Below are positions 1-11,972 of a stretch of DNA of 19,174 nucleotides, piece after piece. This stretch comes from Candidatus Tepidifontimicrobium thermophilum. GTDB lineage: Bacteria; Sysuimicrobiota; Sysuimicrobiia; Sysuimicrobiales; Sysuimicrobiaceae. The stretch lies in the NCBI GenBank assembly GCA_031459915.1, contig JAVKHO010000029.1:1-19174 (forward strand), read 5' to 3'. Position 1 is the stretch's first letter, and each line of letters starts with the position of its first letter. The notes beneath the pieces are model-generated. The model searched no databases, was not told the origin of the DNA, and saw nothing but the letters and a program-made list of their open reading frames with translations. The translations under genes were made by a program, and so were the position numbers.

Positions 1-204
1 ATGCGGCCAAGCGGTTCAAGAAGGTGGAGCGGGCTGCGGCGGTGATCTGGAAGATGCTGATGGTGGCCCAGACGAGGTTCCGGCGGCTGAACGCCCCGGA
101 GCTGCTGGCCAAGGTTTACGTGGGGGTGCGGTACGAGGACGGGATCGAGGCCGCCGGGAAGGAGGTCGCCGCCTGAGTGTTTACACACTTTTTGACGGAA
201 CCTC
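1..204 (+). mobile_element. Right end of an IS256-family insertion sequence; terminal inverted repeat about 179-204
   Basis: GTTTACACACTTTTTGACGGAACCTC follows the transposase stop. Its reverse complement GAGGTTCCGTCAAAAAGTGTGTAAAC has the GAG...TCAA...GTGTAAA layout typical of IS256 ends. The left end is outside the window. Confidence 0.75.
3..176 (+). CDS. IS256-family transposase, C-terminal fragment (truncated by the window edge)
   Basis: Frame from position 3 reads AAKRFKKVERAAAVIWKMLMVAQTRFRRLNAPELLAKVYVGVRYEDGIEAAGKEVAA* (TGA 174-176), which resembles IS256 transposase C-termini. It is immediately followed by an IS256-like terminal repeat. Confidence 0.8.
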   Translation, partial: AAKRFKKVERAAAVIWKMLMVAQTRFRRLNAPELLAKVYVGVRYEDGIEAAGKEVAA

Positions 205-555
205 GCTTCTGGCTGGACGTGGGGTGGCTGTTTCAGCACCCGCTGCCGCCCGCCGCGGACTGCCTGGCGCAGGTCACCGGAGGGTGGCGGGCTGTGCAGG
301 TCATGTCCAGCCCCACCTCTGCGGCGCAAGCTCGCAAGACGTCAAAACTGGCCGTGTTGGGGCTCTCGGTCAGGTGGGCGAGCTGGACCCAGTGGAACAG
401 ATCCCGCATCCTCGCGCAGCACGGTCAAGCAGGAGCTCACGTGAGGAGCGTGGTGCCATAGCAGGGCTGGCCCGTCCGGCCGCTCAGGAGCGGACGTAGC
501 GGGGAGGGTCCGCCCGGGCGGGACTTCCACAGCCGCAGGGTCGACCGGGGGCAGC

Positions 556-584
556 TTGCGCGGGCCTGGCCGGCTGCGTAGAAT
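556..584 (+). promoter_or_regulatory. Putative sigma70-type promoter of the pyrG operon
   Basis: TTGCGC (556-561), 17-bp spacer, TAGAAT (579-584); about 115 nt upstream of pyrG. Confidence 0.6.
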
Positions 585-593
585 GCCGGTGGC

Positions 594-635
594 ATGCGCA
601 GGCGCGGCCGACTCCAAACGCTGGAAGGGTCCTAG
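594..635 (+). CDS. Putative 13-aa leader peptide (MRRRGRLQTLEGS)
   Basis: ATG lies 9 nt after the -10 box, the same spacing as the gene at 10293. The TAG (633-635) ends 1 nt before the terminator-like hairpin. Confidence 0.3.
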   Translation: MRRRGRLQTLEGS

Positions 636-3267
<2,632 letters not shown>

Positions 3268-3271
<4 letters not shown>

Positions 3272-3810
3272 AGGAAGTCCCCGAGGAGGTCCTCGCCAGC
3301 CGGGTGGTGTTCGAGGGCCGTGTGGTACGGGTGCGGCTGGACCAAGTGCGGCTGCGCAGCGGCCGGGTCACTACCCGGGAGGTGGTGGAGCACCGGGGCG
3401 CGGTGGGGATGGTCCCCCTGACCGCCGACGGTCAGGTCCTTTTGGTCCGTCAGTACCGCACGGCCCTGGGCGGGTGGACCCTGGAGATCCCCGCGGGCAG
3501 CCTGGAGCCCGGGGAAACTCCCGAAGCGTGCGTGCAGCGCGAGCTGGCGGAGGAGGTGGGTCACGAGGCGGGGCGGGTGGAGCACCTGGTGACCTTCGCG
3601 CCGTCCCCGGGTTTCCTGACGGAGCTGCTGTACCTGTACCTGTGCACGGACCTGCGCCCGCGGGTCCTGCCGCGTGAGGAGGAGGAGATGGAGGTGGTCG
3701 CCGTGCCGCTCCACGAGGCACGGCGGCTGGTGGACCGGGGAGAAGTCCGGGACGCGAAGACCATCATCGGCCTGCTGCTGGCGTGGGAGCGGCATGCGGC
3801 CGGGGTCTGA
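3268..3810 (+). CDS. nudF: NUDIX hydrolase, ADP-ribose pyrophosphatase (NudF)-like
   Basis: NUDIX box GSLEPGETPEACVQRELAEEVG, plus REVVEHRGAV, LVRQYR, SPGF and DAKTIIG. GTGA overlap with ilvE. This is the C-terminal part of track ORF 2206..3810. Confidence 0.85.
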
Positions 3811-4735
3811 GCCACCGGAGCCCTTCGCCCGGGCGATGGACGCCTTTCTGGACTACCTGGGCGCGGAGGTGGGGCTGGCGGAACGCACCCGCACCGCGTA
3901 CCGCACGGACCTGGAGGATTTCGCGGCCTTCGCGGCCCGACAGGGACTTACGGAGCCCGCGGTCGTCCGGCGGCCCGTCGTCACCCTGTACCTGTTCTCC
4001 CTGAGGCGCCGGGGCCGCAGTCCGGCCACGGTGGCGCGCCGGCTGGCGGCGCTGCGTTCCTTCTACAGGTTCCTCGTGCGGGAAGGCTGGGTGCAATCGG
4101 ACCCGACAGAGGACGTGGCCGCGCCCAAACGGGGCGAGCGGCTGCCGAAGGTCCTCTCGGTGGAGGAAGTGGTCCGGCTGCTGGAACAGCCCGACCCAAG
4201 CACCCCGGAGGGCCTTCGCGACCGCGCGGCCCTGGAGCTGCTGTACAGCAGCGGGCTGCGGGTTTCTGAGCTGGTGGGGCTGGACGTGGGGGACGTGGAC
4301 CTGGAAGCCGAGCTGGTCCGGGTGGTGGGGAAGGGCAACCGGGAGCGGGTGGTGCCTCTCGGGACCTACGCGGTGAGGGCCCTGGAAACGTACCTGAAGC
4401 TGGCACGGCCACACCTGGCCCGCTCCGCAGGGCCGCTGTTCGTGAGCCGCAGGGGCCGGCGGCTTTCCCGCCAGTGGGTGTGGGCGCTGCTCCGACGCTA
4501 CGCCGGCGCCGCGGGGATTGCCCGGCGGGTGACCCCGCACGTCCTGCGCCACTCCTTCGCCACCCACCTGCTGGAGGGCGGGGCGGACCTGCGCAGCGTG
4601 CAGGAACTGCTGGGCCACGCCAACATCGCCACCACCCAGGTGTACACCCACCTGAGCCGGCCGCACCTCCGGGAGGTGTTCGACCGCTCCCACCCCCGCG
4701 ACGCGTGGGAAGACCGGACGTCCCGGGGAGGGTGA
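3794..4735 (+). CDS. xerD: Site-specific tyrosine recombinase XerD (RipX-like)
   Basis: Catalytic motifs [55 protein letters not shown]. The nudF-xerD-deoB-punA synteny matches Firmicutes. Start is ATG 3794 (alternative 3836). Confidence 0.9.
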   Translation: MRPGSEPPEPFARAMDAFLDYLGAEVGLAERTRTAYRTDLEDFAAFAARQGLTEPAVVRRPVVTLYLFSLRRRGRSPATVARRLAALRSFYRFLVREGWVQSDPTEDVAAPKRGERLPKVLSVEEVVRLLEQPDPSTPEGLRDRAALELLYSSGLRVSELVGLDVGDVDLEAELVRVVGKGNRERVVPLGTYAVRALETYLKLARPHLARSAGPLFVSRRGRRLSRQWVWALLRRYAGAAGIARRVTPHVLRHSFATHLLEGGADLRSVQELLGHANIATTQVYTHLSRPHLREVFDRSHPRDAWEDRTSRGG

Positions 4736-4736
4736 C

Positions 4737-5908
<1,172 letters not shown>

Positions 5909-5912
<4 letters not shown>

Positions 5913-6739
5913 CCTCCGAGTTGCGCCGGCGGATGGAAGAGGCGGCCGAGGCGGTGCGCCGGCGGGTGGCCTTCGAGCCGAAGCTGGCCGTGGTGCTGGG
6001 CTCAGGGCTGGGAGCCCTGGCGGACCACATCGAAACCGTCGGCGCCGTCCCCTACGCGGAGATCCCTCACTTCCCCACCTCCACGGTGCCGGGCCACGCG
6101 GGCCGGCTGGTGCTGGGGTGGCTGGAGGGCAAGCCCGTGGCCGCCATGCAGGGGCGGGTGCACCTGTACGAGGGCTACACCGCCCAGGAGGTGGTGTTCC
6201 CCATCCGGGTGCTGTTCGCCCTCGGGTGCCGGACCCTGCTGGTCAGCAACGCCGCGGGCGGGCTGAACCGGGAGTGGCGGGCCGGAGACCTCATGGTGAT
6301 CACCGACCACATCAACTTCCAGGGCACCAACCCCCTCGTGGGGCCCAACGACGACAGCCTGGGCCCGCGGTTCCCGGACATGTCCAGGCCCTACGACCCG
6401 GTCCTGGTGGAGTTGGCGGAACGGTGCGCGGTGGAGGAACGGGTGGTCCTGCGGCGCGGGGTGTACGTGGCGGTGGTGGGCCCGTCGTACGAGACCGCGG
6501 CGGAGTTGCGGATGCTGCGGGGGTTCGGCGCGGACGCGGTGGGGATGTCCACGGTGCCGGAGGTCATCGCGGCCCGACACCTGGGCATGCGGGTGATGGG
6601 CCTTGCGGCCATCACGGACATGGCCACCGGGGAGGCGGCGCAGCCTGTGACCCACGAGGAGGTCCTGCGGGTGGCCCGGGAGCTGGAGCCCCGGTTCGTG
6701 CGCCTGGTTCGCCGCATCGTGCGGGAGATGGAGCTGTAG
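5909..6739 (+). CDS. punA: Purine nucleoside phosphorylase, trimeric (PNP/MTAP family 2) type
   Basis: [42 protein letters not shown] overlap with deoB. Confidence 0.92.
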
Positions 6740-6743
6740 GAGC

Positions 6744-7136
6744 GTGCAGCGGACCTGGGACTGGATGCGGGAGGCGGAGGCGGAGCTGGCCGCAGCCCGA
6801 ACTTTGTACGAGGGGCAGCACTGGTCGTGGTGCTGCTTCACCTGCCACCAAGCGGCCGAGAAGGCCCTGAAGGCGATCTGCGAGCACCGGCGCACCCCGC
6901 AGACCGGGCACAACCTGAACCTGCTGCTCCAGGCGGTGGCCGATCAGGTGTCGGTTCCGGAATCCGTGCGGGGCGCGTGCGCCCGCCTGAACCGGTACTA
7001 CGTGCCGACCCGCTACCCGAACGCCTTCGACCGCGGAGTTCCCGCGGAGCAGTTCTTCGAGGAGGACGCGGCACAGGCCCTGCGGGACGTGGAGGAGGTG
7101 GTGGGCTTTGCCCGGTCCGCGGTGGGAGGGCCCTGA
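6744..7136 (+). CDS. HEPN domain protein (COG2250-like)
   Basis: 130 aa helical protein with CFTCHQAAEKALKA, GHNL and LNRYYVPTRYP motifs; adjacent to a minimal nucleotidyltransferase. Confidence 0.88.
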   Translation: MQRTWDWMREAEAELAAARTLYEGQHWSWCCFTCHQAAEKALKAICEHRRTPQTGHNLNLLLQAVADQVSVPESVRGACARLNRYYVPTRYPNAFDRGVPAEQFFEEDAAQALRDVEEVVGFARSAVGGP

Positions 7137-7530
7137 GGCGGAACCGCTGCACCGGTACGTGGACCACCTGCTGCGGGAGCGGGAGGACGAGCTGGAGTTT
7201 TTGGTCCTCTTCGGCTCCCGCGCACGGGGCGACTGGACGCGGGACAGCGACTTCGACGTGCTGGTGGGCCTGAGGGGGGACGACGGCCTGCGCTGGGTGG
7301 ACCGCCTGGCGGAGTGGGAGGCTCCGGACGGGCGGGTGGACGTGTTCCCGTACGCGAGGTCGGAGTGGGAGCGGATGTTCCAGGACCGGCACCTGCTGCT
7401 CCTGGACGCGCTCGAGCACGGGGTGGTGCTGTGGGACCGGGGGAGTTTCGAGCGGATGCGAGCCACCTTCCGGCAGTGGCGCGAGGCCGGACGGGTGGTG
7501 CCGTGGCGGTCGGGCTGGAGGATCGCGTGA
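7108..7530 (+). CDS. Minimal nucleotidyltransferase (MNT, pol-beta superfamily)
   Basis: LFGSRARGDWTRDSDFDVLV (GS-x10-DxD) plus a third acidic residue in VDVF. TTG start follows SD GGAGGAGGT; overlaps HEPN by 29 nt. Confidence 0.88.
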   Translation: MPGPRWEGPEAEPLHRYVDHLLREREDELEFLVLFGSRARGDWTRDSDFDVLVGLRGDDGLRWVDRLAEWEAPDGRVDVFPYARSEWERMFQDRHLLLLDALEHGVVLWDRGSFERMRATFRQWREAGRVVPWRSGWRIA

Positions 7531-8831
7531 GGCCGTACGACCTGATCCGGAAGAAGCGGGACGGCGCAGAGCTCACCGCGGAGGAGCTGGCGTTTTTGGT
7601 GGATGGGTTCGTGCGGGGTGAGGTGGCCGACTACCAGGTGAGCGCGTGGCTCATGGCGGTGTACTTCCGCGGGATGACCGACCGGGAGACCGCAGAGCTC
7701 ACCCTGGCCATGGCGCGGTCCGGCCGGATGCTGGACTTAAGCGGGATTCCCGGAGTGAAGGTGGACAAACACAGCAGCGGCGGGGTGGGGGACAAGACGT
7801 CCCTGGTGCTGGTGCCCCTGGTGGCGTCGTGCGGCGTGCCCGTGCCCAAGATGTCGGGCCGCGGGCTCGGGCACACGGGCGGGACCCTGGACAAGCTGGA
7901 GTCCATCCCGGGGCTGCGGACGGAGGTGGACGTGGACGCGTTCCTCGACCAGGTCCGCCGGGTGGGCTGCGCCATCGTGGGGCAGACCGCGGACCTCGTG
8001 CCTGCGGACAAGAAGCTGTACGCCCTGCGGGACGTGACCGCCACCGTGGACAGCGTCCCCCTCATCGCCAGCAGCATCATGAGCAAGAAGATCGCGGGCG
8101 GGGCGGACGCCATCGTACTGGACGTGAAGACGGGAAGCGGGGCGTTCCTGAAGGACGTGGAGGGAGCTCGGGCGCTGGCCCGGGCCATGGTGGCCATCGG
8201 GAACCGGTTGGGCCGGCAGACGGTGGCCCTGATCACGGACATGGACCAACCTCTCGGTCACGCGGTGGGGAACGCACTGGAGGTCCGGGAGGCGGTGGCC
8301 ACGCTGCGCGGGGAGGGACCTGGTGACCTCACGGAGCTGTGTCTGGCCCTGGGGGCGGAGATGCTGCGGCTGGGAGGAAGGGTCCGGGACGAGGACGAAG
8401 GCCGGCGCCTGCTCCTGGAGCGCCTGAGGGACGGCGGGGGACTCCGGAAGTTCCAGGAGATGGTCCGCGCGCAGGGCGGGGACCCAGCGGTGGCAGAGGA
8501 GCCGGACCGCCTGCCGTCCGCCCCGGTGACGGTGGAAGTCCACTGCCCCGAAGAGGGGTACGTGCAGGCCATGGACGCGGAGGCCGTCGGGCGTGCGGCC
8601 ATGGTCCTCGGAGCCGGTCGGGCCCGCAAGGACGACCGCATCGATCCTTCGGTGGGCCTCGTGGTGCTCGCCAAGACGGGCACACGGGTGAGCCGGGGGG
8701 ACGTCCTGGCCCTGGTGCACGCCCGGACCCGGGAAGAAGCGGAGGCGGCGGTGCCGGGCGTGCTGCAGGCGTACCGGATCGGGGCTACAGCCCCCCGGCC
8801 CAGGCCGCTGGTGTACGGCCGGGTGGTGTGA
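7527..8831 (+). CDS. pdp: Pyrimidine-nucleoside (thymidine) phosphorylase
   Basis: YDLIRKKRDG, DKHSSGGVGDK, KMSGRGLGHTGGTLDKLESIPG, LYALRDVTATV, SIMSKK. GTGA overlap with MNT. Confidence 0.96.
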   Translation: MRPYDLIRKKRDGAELTAEELAFLVDGFVRGEVADYQVSAWLMAVYFRGMTDRETAELTLAMARSGRMLDLSGIPGVKVDKHSSGGVGDKTSLVLVPLVASCGVPVPKMSGRGLGHTGGTLDKLESIPGLRTEVDVDAFLDQVRRVGCAIVGQTADLVPADKKLYALRDVTATVDSVPLIASSIMSKKIAGGADAIVLDVKTGSGAFLKDVEGARALARAMVAIGNRLGRQTVALITDMDQPLGHAVGNALEVREAVATLRGEGPGDLTELCLALGAEMLRLGGRVRDEDEGRRLLLERLRDGGGLRKFQEMVRAQGGDPAVAEEPDRLPSAPVTVEVHCPEEGYVQAMDAEAVGRAAMVLGAGRARKDDRIDPSVGLVVLAKTGTRVSRGDVLALVHARTREEAEAAVPGVLQAYRIGATAPRPRPLVYGRVV

Positions 8832-8832
8832 C

Positions 8833-9573
8833 GTGCGGATCGTGGTACCCCCGGGCGCGCTGGTGGTCCTGGTGGGGCCGGCGGGGAGCGGGAAGACCAC
8901 CTTCGCGAGGCGGCACTTCCGGGACACGGAGGTCGTGAGCAGCGACCGGTGCCGGGCCATGATCTCCGACGACGAGTCCGACATGAGCGTGAGCGGGAGG
9001 GCCTTCGAGCTGTTCCACGAGATCCTCCGCCACCGGCTGGAGCTGGGGCGGGTGGCGGTGGCGGACAGCACGGCGGTGACCGCCCGCGCCCGGGCAGAAC
9101 TGCGGAGCCTCGCGCGGCGGTGCGGCGCGCCGGTGCTGGTGCTGGCCTTCGACGTCCCCCTGGAGGTGTGCCTGGAGCGCAACGAGCGGCGGCCCCGACG
9201 GGTCGCCCCGGAGGTGGTGGAGCGGCAGTTCCACCTGATGCGTCAGGCCCTGGAACGGATCCCCGGCGAGGGGTACGACGCGTGGTACGTGCTGGACGTG
9301 CGCGCCCAGGAGAAGGCGGAGGTGCAGGTCCTGCGGGCCCGTCCGGGCGGGACCGTCTCACCGTGGAGGGAACTGGAAACTCGGCAGGGAGGTGATGCGG
9401 GTGACGATCCAGACGGTCGGCGTGGTGGGCTGCGGGCTGATGGGCTCGGGGATCGTAGAGACCTGCGCCCGGAGCGGCTACCGGGTGGTGGTCCGGGAGG
9501 TGAACGAGGAGGTCCTGCAGCGGGGCCTCAGGAGGGTGGAGGAGTCCATGGCGCGCGCGGTGGAGCGGGGTAA
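8833..9573 (+). CDS. Stand-alone P-loop kinase resembling the 5'-kinase module of bacterial Pnkp (AAA_33-like)
   Basis: LVVLVGPAGSGKTTFARRHF, VVSSDRCRAMISDDE, DST, CLERNERR. The domain ends near aa 170; the remaining Gly-rich tail overlaps the next gene, so the 3' end is uncertain. Confidence 0.8.
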   Translation: MRIVVPPGALVVLVGPAGSGKTTFARRHFRDTEVVSSDRCRAMISDDESDMSVSGRAFELFHEILRHRLELGRVAVADSTAVTARARAELRSLARRCGAPVLVLAFDVPLEVCLERNERRPRRVAPEVVERQFHLMRQALERIPGEGYDAWYVLDVRAQEKAEVQVLRARPGGTVSPWRELETRQGGDAGDDPDGRRGGLRADGLGDRRDLRPERLPGGGPGGERGGPAAGPQEGGGVHGARGGAG

Positions 9574-10255
9574 GCTGGCCGCCGCGGACCGGGACGCGGC
9601 CTGGACCCGCATCCGGGGGACGGTGCGGATGGAGGACCTGCGGGACTGCGACCTGGTGATCGAGGCCGCGGTGGAGCTCATGGACGTGAAGAAGGAGATC
9701 TGGAGGGAGCTGGACGCCCTCTGCCCGCCCCACACCATCTTCTGCAGCAACACGTCGTCCCTGTCCATCACGGAGCAGGCGTCGGTAACCCGGCGCGGGG
9801 ACCGGTTCTGCGGCATGCACTTCTTCAACCCGGTGCCGGTGATGAAGCTGGTGGAGCTGGTCCGGGGCTACCTCACCAGCGAGGAGACCCTGGCCACCTG
9901 CCGGGCCTTCGCGGAGTCCCTGGGCAAGACGGTAGTGGTGACGAAGGACCACCCGGGCTTCGTGGTCAACTACCTGCTGGTCCCCTTCCTCCTGGACGCG
10001 GTCCGGGCGCTGGAGAAGGGGCTGGCCACCAAGGAGGAGATCGACACCGCGGTGCAGCTGGGGCTGAACCACCCCATGGGCCCCCTGACCCTGCTGGACT
10101 TCGTGGGGATCGACACCACCTACTACATCGCGGAGGCCATGTACCAGGAGCTGAAGGACCCGCGGTACGCGCCGCCGCTTCTACTCAAGCAGATGACGCT
10201 GGCGGGCCACCACGGCCGCAAAACGGGCAAGGGCTTCTACGACTACGGGGCGTGA
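9401..10255 (+). CDS. hbd: 3-hydroxybutyryl-CoA / 3-hydroxyacyl-CoA dehydrogenase
   Basis: Rossmann motif VGCGLMGSGI, SNTSSLSI, GMHFFNPVPVMKLVE, HPMGPL, GRKTGKGFYDY. Start placed at GTG 9401 from SD GGAGGT (9388-9393). Confidence 0.9.
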   Translation: MTIQTVGVVGCGLMGSGIVETCARSGYRVVVREVNEEVLQRGLRRVEESMARAVERGKLAAADRDAAWTRIRGTVRMEDLRDCDLVIEAAVELMDVKKEIWRELDALCPPHTIFCSNTSSLSITEQASVTRRGDRFCGMHFFNPVPVMKLVELVRGYLTSEETLATCRAFAESLGKTVVVTKDHPGFVVNYLLVPFLLDAVRALEKGLATKEEIDTAVQLGLNHPMGPLTLLDFVGIDTTYYIAEAMYQELKDPRYAPPLLLKQMTLAGHHGRKTGKGFYDYGA

Positions 10256-10277
10256 GGCGGCAGGCGGAGGCGCGGGA

Positions 10278-10283
10278 TACAAT
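10278..10283 (+). promoter_or_regulatory. Putative -10 box of a near-leaderless promoter
   Basis: TACAAT lies 9 nt upstream of ATG 10293 in a 37-bp intergenic gap, with no SD at canonical spacing. Confidence 0.45.
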
Positions 10284-10292
10284 GCGGTTGAG

Positions 10293-11279
10293 ATGCCGCT
10301 GACCGCAAGGGACCTGCAGGAGCTGGTGCGGCTGCTGGAGCGGGAGCCGCGGTGGAGGGAAGCCCTCCGGGCCGCCCTGTGGAAGGAGGAGGACCTTGTC
10401 CGGTGGCTACGGGAGCGACTCCCGCGGCTCCTCCAGGAGGAGCCGCGCTTCGGTGCGGAAGTGGTGGGTATCCTCGCGCAGACCCTGAGTCCCCGTTCGG
10501 AGCTGATCCGTGTGCTGGAGGAGATCCGGGCCCTGCGGGAGGACATGGACCGTCGGTTTGCGGCGATGGACGAGCGCTTCCGGGCGCTACAGGAGGACAT
10601 GGATCGCCGGTTTGCGGCGATGGACGAGCGCTTCCGGGCCCTGCGGGAGGACATGGACCGTCGGTTTGAGGCGATGGATGAGCGCTTCCGGGCGCTACAG
10701 GAGGACATGGATCGCCGGTTTGCGGCGATGGACGAGCGCTTCCGGGCGCTACAGGAGGACATGGGGCGCCGGTTTGAGGCGATGGACGAGCGCTTCCGGG
10801 CCCTGCAGGAGGACATGGACCGCCGGTTCCGGGTCCAGGCAGAGATCCTGGACCGCCACGGTCGGGACCTCCGGTACCTTAGGGTGGGGTTCGGCAGCCT
10901 CGGACGTCGCTTCGGGCTAGGGTTCGAGGAAGCGGTCCGGGGCATGGTGGAGGAGTTCGCCGGGGTTGGGCCGCTCAGGGCGGAACGCCTGGTGTTGCGC
11001 GACGAGGCGGGTGAGGTGTTCGGCGTGCCGGGCCAGGTGATCGAGTTCGACGCGTTCGTGCACGATGGGGACCGCTTCCTGGTGGAGGTCAAGGCCTTCG
11101 CGCAGCGGGAGGACGTGCTCCTGTTCCGCCGCAAGGTGGAGTTCGCGGCCCGGCAGCTGGGCCAGACCTTCCGCGCGGTGATGGTGGCCCCCTTTGCCCA
11201 CCGGCGCGCGGTAGAGACCGCGCGGGAGCTGGGGGTTCAGATCCTGGCTGCGGAGGAGCCACCCGAGGGAGACGCGTGA
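10293..11279 (+). CDS. Coiled-coil repeat protein with a C-terminal PD-(D/E)XK nuclease-like domain (DUF3782-like)
   Basis: 18-aa repeats RAL(R/Q)EDMDRRF(A/E)AMDERF, then GRRFGLGFEEAVR and IEFDAFV...FLVEVK (D...ExK motif). Confidence 0.75.
   Translation: MPLTARDLQELVRLLEREPRWREALRAALWKEEDLVRWLRERLPRLLQEEPRFGAEVVGILAQTLSPRSELIRVLEEIRALREDMDRRFAAMDERFRALQEDMDRRFAAMDERFRALREDMDRRFEAMDERFRALQEDMDRRFAAMDERFRALQEDMGRRFEAMDERFRALQEDMDRRFRVQAEILDRHGRDLRYLRVGFGSLGRRFGLGFEEAVRGMVEEFAGVGPLRAERLVLRDEAGEVFGVPGQVIEFDAFVHDGDRFLVEVKAFAQREDVLLFRRKVEFAARQLGQTFRAVMVAPFAHRRAVETARELGVQILAAEEPPEGDA
10527..10829 (+). repeat. In-frame tandem repeat, 54-bp unit, about 5.6 copies
   Basis: Units start at 10527, 10581, 10635, 10689, 10743 and 10797 (partial). 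Unit 1 is CGGGCCCTGCGGGAGGACATGGACCGTCGGTTTGCGGCGATGGACGAGCGCTTC; there are no spacers. Confidence 0.97.
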
Positions 11280-11283
11280 ACGG

Positions 11284-11325
11284 GGTAAGGTCGTGGTCAC
11301 CGGGGGGGACCCGGCCGGACTTACC
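11284..11325. terminator. Imperfect hairpin between convergent genes (possible terminator)
   Basis: GGTAAG(G)TC pairs with GACTTACC, with inner pairing such as CCGGG/CCCGG. No U tract on either strand. Confidence 0.25.
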
Positions 11326-11345
11326 GGCGCGGAAGGCGGGAGAAG

Positions 11346-11972
11346 TCAGACCGGCTCGGCGTCAGCCCGGGCGAGGGCGTCCAGCAGTGCCAGAAGATGG
11401 TGCAGGCCGGGGCGGGGACTGGCCTGCTGCACCCGCGTGCGGAGGGCGGGGAGCCAGGTTTTCAGGTGCTCGCGGAGGAACGACTGGCGGGCGCGGGCAC
11501 ACACCTCTGCGTCCTCCTCGCGCCCTGCCAGGCGCGCGTACGCTTCCTGAGTGCAGACAAGGGCCAGGAACTCCAGTTCCGCGGCAAGGTGGTCCGGGCG
11601 TTCCCCCCTGGCCTGGAATCCGAAGGCCCGGTAGAAGCCCGCCACGTCGGCGATCACCTGGACGTTGGGGCCACCCAGGGGTTGCGGCCCCGAGGCGTGC
11701 TGGCTCGCTTCGTACGGCGGGACGGTGCCCCGCTCGAAGACCCGTACGTACTCCGCCCGGTAGCCCTCTGGGTCCCCCTGCACGTCCTGGAGGAAGGCCC
11801 GCAGGTGCTCCCGGCCCTCTTCCAGCCCCAAGTACCCCAGGCTGCGTCCCAGCCAGTCCACCGACTCCGGAGGCGCGACTCCGCCTGAAGACGGGCCGAC
11901 GAGCCTGGCGCAGGCGCCGTAGGCGACCGCCTTCGCCAGCAGTCGCTGTGCAAGACCGGAATCTGCCCTCAC
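11346..11972 (-). CDS. TorD/NarJ/DmsD-family maturation chaperone (delta subunit)
   Basis: EYVRVF, VPPYE, ADVAGFYRAFGF, ERPDHLAAELEFL, FLREHL..W. The GTG start overlaps the gamma-subunit stop. Confidence 0.9.
   Translation of the reverse strand: MRADSGLAQRLLAKAVAYGACARLVGPSSGGVAPPESVDWLGRSLGYLGLEEGREHLRAFLQDVQGDPEGYRAEYVRVFERGTVPPYEASQHASGPQPLGGPNVQVIADVAGFYRAFGFQARGERPDHLAAELEFLALVCTQEAYARLAGREEDAEVCARARQSFLREHLKTWLPALRTRVQQASPRPGLHHLLALLDALARADAEPV

Noticed and set aside
177..617. ORFs 177..461, 224..499 and 342..617 as real genes
   Set aside because: They have no recognisable motifs or SD. The first begins inside the IS inverted repeat and the last overlaps the pyrG promoter.
3794..4735. 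Tyrosine recombinase as the integrase of a prophage or island
   Set aside because: It has XerD-type motifs and housekeeping synteny; no att sites, tRNA or phage genes are nearby.
10527..10829. Possible CRISPR array
   Set aside because: Units are contiguous 54-bp in-frame coding repeats with no unique spacers, and no cas genes are present.
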